A DNA stretch of 63,990 nucleotides, filler included, from Octopus bimaculoides (Eukaryota), in the NCBI RefSeq assembly GCF_001194135.2. It is 5 parts of 3 records of this genome, joined end to end, with 100 filler letters (N's around TTAATTAATTAA, not from the genome) between each part and the next. Parts side by side here need not be neighbours in the genome. Positions count along the whole stretch, not along the records: positions 35,845 to 59,353 come from NC_068983.1; positions 59,454 to 62,589 come from NC_068983.1; positions 62,690 to 63,990 come from NC_068983.1; 2 more parts are not named here. One strand, 5' to 3'. The translations under genes and the position numbers were made by a program. Positions 54,138 through 63,990 of this stretch are shown piece after piece. Each line of letters opens with the position of its first letter. Position 1 is the first letter of the stretch. The notes below the pieces were generated by a model. The model worked only from the letters and a program-made list of their open reading frames with translations, was not told the DNA's origin and made no database searches.

Positions 54138-55562
54138 ATATCTATGTGTGTCTGTGTTTGTCTTTGCGTCTGTATTTGCCCCTCACCACTGCTTGACAAC
54201 TAATGTTGATGTGTTTATGTCACTGTAACTTAGTTTGGCAAAAGAGATTGATGGAATAAGTACTAGGTTTAAAAAAAAAAACAAGTCCAAGGGTCAATTT
54301 GTTTGATTAAAACCCTTCAAGGCAGTACCACAGCATGGCCACATTCAAATGATTGAAACAAGTAAAAGCTAAAAGATAAAGATTAGAAATATGTCTCTAA
54401 AACCTTTTCCAAAGTGAAGAAATTGTATTGCTTCAACTTCTTTTATCCATTTGAAATAAACCTTTCTATAATAAGCACAAGGCCTGAAGTTTTTGGGGAG
54501 GGAACTAATTGATTACATTGACCACAGAATTTCACTGGTACTTAATTTGTTGACCCTGAAAGGATGAAAGGCAAAGTTGACCTCAGCGGAATTTGAACTC
54601 AGAATGTAGCGATGGGTGAAATACCGCTAAGCATTTCGTCCAGCATGCTAACAATTCTGCCAGCTCACTACCTTTATCCATTTAAGATAATGACAGCATA
54701 GCTGGAAATTGCAGAAAGGGTATCTTAGAGAAATCAAACAAGATGTTGAAATCATTCAGAAATCAGATATTTTTTCTCTCTCAGGAACTATATATAATAA
54801 GAAGTCATTCATTAACTCTTATGTTTCCACATAAGTGTCAGAGGCTGATGTTGAATGATATTTTANNNNNNNNNNNNNNNNNNNNNNNNNNNNNNNNNNN
54901 NNNNNNNNNNNNNNNNNNNNNNNNNNNNNNNNNNNNNNNNNNNNNNNNNNNNNNNNNNNNNNNNNNNNNNNNNNNNNNNNNNNNNNNNNNNNNNNNNNNN
55001 NNNNNNNNNNNNNNNNNNNNNNNNNNNNNNNNNNNNNNNNNNNNNNNNNNNNNNNNNNNNNNNNNNNNNNNNNNNNNNNNNNNNNNNNNNNNNNNNNNNN
55101 NNNNNNNNNNNNNNNNNNNNNNNNNNNNNNNNNNNNNNNNNNNNNNNNNNNNNNNNNNNNNNNNNNNNNNNNNNNNNNNNNNNNNNNNNNNNNNNNNNNN
55201 NNNNNNNNNNNNNNNNNNNNNNNNNNNNNNNNNNNNNNNNNNNNNNNNNNNNNNNNNNNNNNNNNNNNNNNNNNNNNNNNNNNNNNNNNNNNNNNNNNNN
55301 NNNNNNNNNNNNNNNNNNNNNNNNNNNNNNNNNNNNNNNNNNNNNNNNNNNNNNNNNNNNNNNNNNNNNNNNNNNNNNNNNNNNNNNNNNNNNNNNNNNN
55401 NNNNNNNNNNNNNNNNNNNNNNNNNNNNNNNNNNNNNNNNNNNNNNNNNNNNNNNNNNAGAGATTTAACATTGCTTGTTTTCACTTTTTCGAGATAAGTG
55501 AATAATTTCACTGGAAAAAAAAAAATATATTTGTAAAGGAATATCTTTCGCATCGAAGGTTG

Positions 55563-55621
55563 GCGGTTGTCGTACGCTGAAGACGGGTAAATACCCAGAA
55601 ACTCGAGTCCGTACGTATCGC
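55563..55621 (+). ncRNA. Type I hammerhead ribozyme motif
   Basis: CGTACG-CTGAAGA-C.GGG(TAAATA)CCC.A-GAAA-C(TCGA)G-TC-CGTACG, with stem I extension GCGGT/ATCGC across a TGT/T internal loop. Confidence 0.85.
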
Positions 55622-56063
55622 AGATCGAGATGGGAAGGATGACTTCCCTTTGCAAATATAGACAGGACACAGATGTGTGTCAATAGCCAGCTGGAGGAGA
55701 TGTTCTCCTGGGGCTAAAAGCAACAGTAACATCCACCCTTAGGGGTCAGCCACATTTAAGTGGCAAATATATATATATATATCAATACATACAACAGGCT
55801 CCTTTCAGTTTCTGTATATCAGATCCACTCAGAAGGCTTTGGATGGCCTAGGCTATATTATTGAAGACATTTGCTCAAGGTGCCATGTAGTGGGACTGAA
55901 CCCAGGACCATGTGGTTGGGAAGGACACAGCCACACCTGTGCCTATTATATATGTGTATGTGTGTGTGTGTACATATACGTACACATATATTCAATATGT
56001 GTGCATGTACATATATATATATGTGTGTGTGTGTGTGTAAGTATATATATTTGCTCATGCATG

Positions 56064-56103
<40 letters not shown>

Positions 56104-57180
56104 TATGAGTATAATTGAGTATGTATATATATGTGAACACACTTTCATGCATACACTCATTTGCACAGAAAAATGTAGACAAGCTCACAAATGCAAATTC
56201 AAACATAAAATCACTGACAAGTTCACATTCATAAACATAAACTGTTAATTTTTTTTCTTTTTTTCCCTGATGCTGTAAGCTGTCCTTTAAAATTAATACA
56301 ATAAACTTTTGAATTGAAAATCTAGTTAGCAATTCTTTCTCTATTATTCCATCCATAACCTTGAGCTGATGAAGTGCTGTAGGCAGGAGACTATTGTCAA
56401 GTTTGTCTGTTGGAGAATATATAAACATGATCAATTGTTGACTAAACTCAATAGAAATCAGCTTGATGCACTAGAAGCACTCCACTCTGACAGATCCATT
56501 TGCAAGGACTTTGACAGCCCCATCACATCAAACAACACAAGTAGCACAGTTGTAAAGCTCCATTATTGCAGCTCAATATGGCAAGATCTCTTATTTCTGA
56601 CCAATATCACTTATGGAGCATAGAAATCATTTCGAACATTTTGAAAACCTTTGCTTCTTGGCTATTTTATCTCCTTTGCTTCTTAACCAACCTATTGCCC
56701 ATTAGAAACCAGTGACTTGAAAGAGTGTCAGCATAAAAGGGAAGAATCTTATTTTCAGCATTTCAGACAATATTTATAAAGACATTTAATGTTTGTGGTC
56801 CAGTTGTATTATCATTGATGCAATCAATATTGTATTCATTTCTGTGACATTTCAATAAACGGCATGTAGAGATAAAGCAGTCACTGACTGACTTTCATAT
56901 CGACGTAGCTCAGCAGGCAAAATACTGATAACAGAATATATGTTAGAGAAGAGTGGAAAACTTACAGTAGAAACTGTAGCTTTGTCTTATAGAGAATTCT
57001 GATACACTTTAGAAGCCACATAATATTTTGTACTAGTGACATGGTAAGTGGAAGGAACAAATTTATAGCCATGGAGTTATATAATTTCTGTACTGCTACA
57101 TCAATGAAAGTTCTTTGATCTGCAGTTTGTAGATAATTTAGAATAAAATGAAGTTTGTGGGTTGAAAAGATGTTCTATAC

Positions 57181-57423
57181 TATAAGTACTACTTTATATT
57201 CATGAGTACTACTTTATATTTATAAGTACTACTTTATATTTATAAGTACTACTTTATATTTATGAGTACTACTTTATATTATGAGTGCTACTTTATATTT
57301 CTGAGTACTACTTTATATTTATAAGTACTACTTTATATTTATGAGTACTACTTTATATTATAAGTGCTACTTTATATTTATGAGTTCTACTTTATATTCA
57401 TGAGTACTACTTTATGAGTACTA
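57181..57423. repeat. 20-bp minisatellite, ~12 copies
   Basis: (T/C)AT(G/A)AGTACTACTTTATATT units. Confidence 0.95.
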
Positions 57424-57840
57424 GATCTACACGATACTGCTGGCAGTAGAAAGATGTTTGTTGGTGATGCTTTGCAGATTAATTCATAAAATGTAAAAAT
57501 TGATTAAAAAATGTTTCTAAAACAAAAAACTTACTAATAAATATTTTAATGATAGTTTTGCCAAGAATTTGAGTGAAAATCAGATGACTAAATCATTTTG
57601 GTGGTTGCAATACTACAATAAAATAAGACAGAGCCCATAGGAAGTTAAGCAAAGGCCTTCTCTCTTTCACATACACATGTACAAATATGACAGGATGTCT
57701 GCCTACCAAATTTACTCTCAAGGTGTCACACAATGGGACTGAACTCCTGACACCATGTGGTTGGGAAGCAAGCTTCTTACCCACACAACAAAGCCTGTAC
57801 CTACTAATAATTTTTTTTTCTGCCAAGCAATTGGCTTGAA

Positions 57841-57903
<63 letters not shown>

Positions 57904-59164
57904 NNNNNNNNNNNNNNNNNNNNNNNNNNNNNNNNNNNNNNNNNNNNNNNNNNNNNNNNNNNNNNNNNNNNNNNNNNNNNNNNNNNNNNNNNNNNNNNNN
58001 NNNNNNNNNNNNNNNNNNNNNNNNNNNNNNNNNNNNNNNNNNNNNNNNNNNNNNNNNNNNNNNNNNNNNNNNNNNNNNNNNNNNNNNNNNNNNNNNNNNN
58101 NNNNNNNNNNNNNNNNNNNNNNNNNNNNNNNNNNNNNNNNNNNNNNNNNNNNNNNNNNNNNNNNNNNNNNNNNNNNNNNNNNNNNNNNNNNNNNNNNNNN
58201 NNNNNNNNNNNNNNNNNNNNNNNNNNNNNTATATATATATATATATATATATATATCACTACACTCTCTGAGTGGTTGGCGTTAGGAAGGGCATCCAGCT
58301 GTAGAAACTCTGCAAATTAGATTGGAGCCTGGTGTAGCCATCTGGTTGCACCAGTCCTCAGTCAAATCGTCCAACCCATGCTAGCATGGAAAGCGGACGT
58401 TAAACGATGATGATGATGATGATGATGATATATATATATGCATTCCATAGAAAAGAATTGTTTATATTAATCCCAAGGAAGTGTTTTCTGTGGAAGATAT
58501 TTTATATTGTTTTAGGAGAGGGAGGTAGTACCTCAGTAACATTTTTGGAGAGCTACTGATTGTTATGTCCTTAAAAGAAGAGTAGAATAATCAACACTTG
58601 TTACATCTTCGTATTTTAAGGGTTTTGTTGTCTCGTTCCTTCATTTGATATTTTGCAACTATCTCCTGTCCTTGGATTGGAAAAACATAGCCTTTTCATA
58701 TTGGCTTTTGGTGCAAAATGTGGGCAGATGAGTCTCATAGTATCTACTGCAGTCTAGTTTGTTCTAACAGAACATCCACATTTAAGTGGGGGATAAAAAT
58801 TCTTTTCTACTCTGGGCACCAAGCCCAAAATTTTTGGGGAGGGGACCAGTCAATAAGATTGACCCCAGCACACAACTGTGGGGGTAAATACTACCTCATG
58901 ATACATACATGCATGCATACATACATACATACATACATATCAGTACAACGAATATTGGTGGGATGTTCCCATCAAAACTTCTACCAAGTGCAAATATAAT
59001 AGACCTGACAAAGTTATTTGAGATTGGAAAGAAAAATCCTGTAGAGTCATAGACGTCAGTTGTTCCACAGGAGTGAACATTTCTTTCTATATTAGTGAAA
59101 AGAAGAATATCTATAGACAACCACCTTAAAAACCTACAAATCTTCCACCCTGATTATAAATTTA

Positions 59165-59316
59165 TAGGTGCAGGCATGGCTGTGTGGTAAGACACTTGTT
59201 TCCCAACCGCAGAGTTTTGGGTTCAGTCCCACTTCATGACACCTTGGGCAAGTTTCTACTATAGCTGACCAAAGCCTTGTGAGTGGATTTGGCTGACAGA
59301 AATTGAAAGAAGCCTG

Positions 59317-59320
<4 letters not shown>
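59165..59320 (+). mobile_element. SINE family A head
   Basis: taggtgcaggcatggctgtgtggtaag...gaaagaagcctgtc. Confidence 0.85.
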
Positions 59321-59353
<33 letters not shown>

Positions 59354-59453
59354 NNNNNNNNNNNNNNNNNNNNNNNNNNNNNNNNNNNNNNNNNNNNTTA
59401 ATTAATTAANNNNNNNNNNNNNNNNNNNNNNNNNNNNNNNNNNNNNNNNNNNN

Positions 59454-59491
<38 letters not shown>

Positions 59492-59492
<1 letters not shown>

Positions 59493-59660
59493 TACGACGG
59501 GCTTCTTTCAGTTTCCGTCTACCAAATCCACTCACAAGGCTTTGGTCGGCCCGAGGCTATAGAAGAAGTCACTTGCCCAAGGTGCCACGCAGTGGGACTG
59601 AACCCGGAACCATGTGGTTTGTAAGCAAGCTACTTAACACACAGTCACTCCTACGCCTAT
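59492..59660 (-). mobile_element. SINE family A head, CpG-retaining (probably young)
   Basis: Reverse complement matches the 14888-15035 copy. Confidence 0.88.
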
Positions 59661-60598
59661 ATATATGTATGTAAATATGTCTGCTTGTACATTTGATGGC
59701 TGAGTTTGTGTGTACTTGTGTTTGCGTGTTTTAGTCAGTGTGTGTAAATTCACTATCATTAGTTGAGGTTGCGCTGGCCAGTTTCCTAGGTGCTTATCAG
59801 TTGACAGTAAGCATTTGCTAAAAAACAATCTAGATTTCTGCCATTTATATATTCAATATATATGACAAAATTAGGACTAATTATAAAATATAGAATTAGA
59901 TTTGGAAGTTAATAACTTGAAAACTATATGAGTTTTGATAGTAACAAGTAATGCTTGGTGAACAAGTGTCATAAAAACGAAAAGCAAATGTTGCAAGGCA
60001 ATAGGGCAATTTCGACTGCCTAGATTTGATGCATCTGATTGGCAGAAATAAAATTAAAAAAAAAAATTTCAATCTTCTGCTATTGTTTATTGCTGAAACA
60101 AAATTGTTACGAATATGAAAAAAATTGTCCATGTAGAAATTTTGGAAAATTAAATGAATAGTGTCAAACCCGAAAGTTCCGTTAATTGGCTTCAAAAAAT
60201 ATTTGACTGTAATAATTTGCTTCTAATTTAACAGTATATTACTTGTCAAATTGAAATGAAAAGAAAATGCTAAAATTGCAGGGTTGTGTTTTCGAAATAT
60301 ATTGCGTGAAAGCCGTAACATACTAAATTATCTTTTTCACACTTAATTGCGATCCGGTATTAGATAGCCACAAACGTTATTGAATCTATCTATTTTCCTC
60401 TTAAAACAAAAGCATGGTTTTATATAACAAGTGGTTCTAGAATCTGATTGATGTTGCTAACCTGTAGTAAATGATATGTTCGACCCAAAACATAATTGTC
60501 AATTTTTTATCCCCAAATATAATATATATGTGTGCACGTGTGTGTGTATGTATGTAATTATATATAGATGTGTACATATATGTTTGTACACACTCACA

Positions 60599-60703
<105 letters not shown>

Positions 60704-62542
60704 ATTCGGGGATGGTCATATACATATGACTAGCTGGAAACAGCTGTAAGCCAAATTTGCTATAATAAAGGAATTATATATCTATTTGTAAAAATGTTTT
60801 TTTTAAGCCTGTTCACGGATTTACAATATAGAATTGTAATGAGACATAACTTTGAATCCTACCAGATTACATGGAGTTCTTCACTCATCTAAGTAATATT
60901 GTTAACCTGGTGTACCAAGTATTTTAACCGTTTTGATAATCCCTAACTGTTTGTTTTGTTACACACACACACACATGTGTGTGTGTGTGTGTGTGTGTGT
61001 AATATGTATATGTATGCATATGTATATGTATGTGTTTTTGTGTTTATTATCCAACACCGCTTGACAACCAGTGCTTGTTTATATGACTGTGAAAAGAGTT
61101 GATAGAATAAGTACCGGACTTTAAAAACAAGTACTGGGATCGATTTGTTCAATTAAACCATTGAAGGTATGTTACAGCATGGTCGCAATCGAATGACTGA
61201 AAATAATAAGCGATAAAATTTTAAAATTACATTCCACAGTAAAAATTACTCATAATATTTCTTCGACTACATTTACATTTTTCCCGCTTCACTAAACAAT
61301 CTTATTTATTGATAATTTTATTCTTCCAAATATTATTTAATAACTAAATATTATTTAGTAACTTCCAAGAAGAAACTCGTGTTCCAAATTCCTTCGTTAA
61401 CATGTGTTTGCTGTATTGTGTATTCTGATCTATTGATATCAACTTCTCCGGAGAATTTTGAAATAAAATGCTTTGTGGTTATTCTGAAAGATTATCGGCG
61501 AGGCACAGGGATAATTTCAAGTATCGGAGCTTAAATATTCTCTACACTCCCGGTATATATCTAAGAATCATATCAATTTGCAATTAAGGAAACAGCTGTG
61601 GAAGTGACACTTATTGCGGCAGTAACTCGTGTCCGTAGTTTTCCTTCATGCCATGTTCATAATGATATGAGAGTTCCAGATATTTCTTGATTCTGTTACT
61701 CGGTGTCGGCTATAATTCTTAAGTTACATATGACATTGTGTTATTACATGTGTGTGTGCGTGCGTTTGAGAGTGAGTGCATGCGTTTGAATTCGTGTCTG
61801 TCTGCGTGTGTGTCTGTAGATAGATAAAACGGAGAGAAAATTAGAAACGCATAGAAAACGACAAAGAAAACGTGAGAAAACTGAACTCATTACATAACAG
61901 TGGTTTCGTAGCACACTGATGATCTCATTTCATATCCATCTACCTCGGGTGAACGTCTATACATTTTGTCTGTTGTCGATTTAATAAGGTCGATATAATC
62001 GAAACCAACTCGGATTTCACTCAGAGAATTTGGCCGAACGCCCAGTCGAAATACATTAATATTCCAGCGCGCAATCAAAATAAAAACGTACGTTATGAAC
62101 TGAAAGTAAAGTCTCAGAATGATTGAAAAAGTGAAACTGAAAGAAATTCATGTATTTCTCCTTTCTTACTGTCATTTAACTTTTTATCAGCTTTTGTTCA
62201 ACTGACGAAAGTTCAACATCGTTTCAGTAGTAACTTTTCCGTATTTTTCGGATATAATATTGTTACATGTACATCGTCCTATATGTAATTAATTTTCAGA
62301 CTAATGAATTGAGCTAATGAGGATTTGGAAACACATAGGCTCACTACACTTCCCTCGTATTGACATTTTATGACGGAGACGTGTGTGTGCGTGTAAGTGT
62401 GTGTGCGTGTAAGTGTGTGTGTTGTGTGCGAGAGAGCCATACAGACAGACAGATAGAGCATGAGTGTAACTGTGTGTGCTTTACATATATGTATGTGTGT
62501 GTACATACATACACATATACATATTCATATATACATATATAT

Positions 62543-62589
<47 letters not shown>

Positions 62590-62689
62590 NNNNNNNNNNN
62601 NNNNNNNNNNNNNNNNNNNNNNNNNNNNNNNNNTTAATTAATTAANNNNNNNNNNNNNNNNNNNNNNNNNNNNNNNNNNNNNNNNNNNN

Positions 62690-63900
62690 TGCCTGACTTC
62701 TGTCTTTCAGAAAGTCATGTAACCACTCTCCAAGGTTTCCAGCTATGCCAAAATCACTCAGTTTGTGGCATATCATACCATGATTCCTTTTGTCAAAAGC
62801 TTTTGCAAAATCAAGGTATATTACATCCACATTTGAGTTGTTAAGTAACTGCCTCAACACCCAGTCACAGTACTGTAAGAGCTGGGTCTGGCAGCTCCTA
62901 CCTAGTCGAAAGCCATGCTGGGTATCACTAAGCATGTTATTTTCTTCAAGGAATGCGATTAGTTTCCCTCTGACTATCCGTTCCATGATTTTGTTGATGT
63001 GTGAAGTCAGAGAGATAGGCCTATAGTTTTTGGCATCTGCTCTGCTTCCCCCTTTATGGATTGGGCATATTATTCCCTCATTCAACTTGCTTAGCAGTCT
63101 GCCATTTGAAAGAAAGCTCTGGAATAAAATTTGGAGGGGTTTTGCCAGGGCATGCTTACACGATTTGAGGAGGATTGCTGGGAAACCATCAGGACCAGCA
63201 GTTGAGTTTGCGTCCACCTCATCTATGGTTAGTAGTATATCTTCTTCACTAATGTCGATGTATTCCATCGTAACTAACCCGCTGGTTTGTGGGTGAGGTG
63301 GCAAAGAAGTCCACTGTTTCGTTCACTTGTCAGTGTTCCAACGGAGTGGTAAAGACACTTTTGAACTGGTCATGCAGTACCTCACAGATCCTAATTAGAC
63401 TGTAAGGGAGTCATCCTTTTGGAAGAGGGGTCCTATCTTGCAGTGTACTGAGGCTGTTACTTTAGCGTAATGAAAGAAGGCTTTGGATTTGACTTAATGT
63501 TTTTTATAATCCAGACTTCTTTGACTGCTCTCTCCCTCACAAAGTATCGTTCCAGCCTTTTCTCAATCTCCATCAGTGTTGCTTTTAGGCGGGACCTATC
63601 ACTACTTTTGGGATTTTGGCTGAGTCGATTTACAACCATCGTCCGTCGTCTCATCAGAATCTTCCTCTCCCTTGGAATCTTGTTCCTATATTGTTTTGCC
63701 CTTGTGCTCTGGGACATATTTCTGGCATATGGATAGTACAACAGACATGAAATATTCTAGTTTCACGCCAATGTCAAAGCGTGGAGAGACATTTCGGCCA
63801 GTCCTGTCTGAGGATCTCTTTTTGGATCGATTTCCAGTCTACTTTGTGGAAGTTCAGATTGGAGAGATTTCGGGTGCTTCTTATTAGTGATTGATCTGTG
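62690..63900 (-). mobile_element. CR1/L2-group LINE reverse-transcriptase fragment, decayed and cut by a gap
   Basis: GPDGFPAILLK, NYRPISLTS, QHGFRLGRSC and VDVIYLDFAKAFD motifs in ORF 62642-63304. Confidence 0.93.
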
Positions 63901-63990
63901 TCATAATCCGCGCTGCGGTAACTACGGGTCAGTTGGACAGAATTCAGAAAGGATCTTCGTGTGATGTATATGTATATATATGTATATATA

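Noticed and set aside
56330-56640. Balanced-composition stretch that might be a decayed transposase or LINE (similar at 25560-25980 and 27050-27740)
   Set aside because: No diagnostic motif recovered in any frame by eye; a TBLASTX search would be needed.
58650-58764. Minus-strand open frame NKLDCSRYYETHLPTFCTKSQYEKAMFFQSKDRR* after an acceptor-like site
   Set aside because: No recognisable homology; such a length is expected by chance.

Overview
Repeat-rich, AT-rich eukaryotic genomic DNA with many assembly gaps. The (TA)n/(CA)n/(TATG)n microsatellites, tRNA-derived SINEs, and RTE, Penelope and CR1-like LINE remnants suggest an octopus/cephalopod scaffold (inferred, not searched). The only recognisable protein-coding gene is the 3' end of TRRAP: four + strand exons at 19667-22445 encoding the PIKK pseudokinase C-lobe and FATC domain. 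A CpG-rich promoter-like segment with a strong splice donor (~33800-33954) may start a second + strand gene whose coding exons I could not identify. The most interesting signal is a set of hammerhead-ribozyme (HHR) motifs from several element families. One is a near-canonical type I HHR (55563-55621) heading a hairpin-rich module. Another is a head-to-head palindromic element with two tRNA-like heads and two Penelope-type minimal HHR tails, inserted as one unit with a 12-bp target-site duplication (36898-37578; second copy at 16007-16346). There is also a 143-bp near-perfect palindrome (34384-34701) and MITEs resembling Merlin, piggyBac, hAT and Tc1/mariner elements. Most ORF-track entries are microsatellite, gap or repeat artefacts. 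Repeat boundaries are approximate unless a TSD or TIR is cited.
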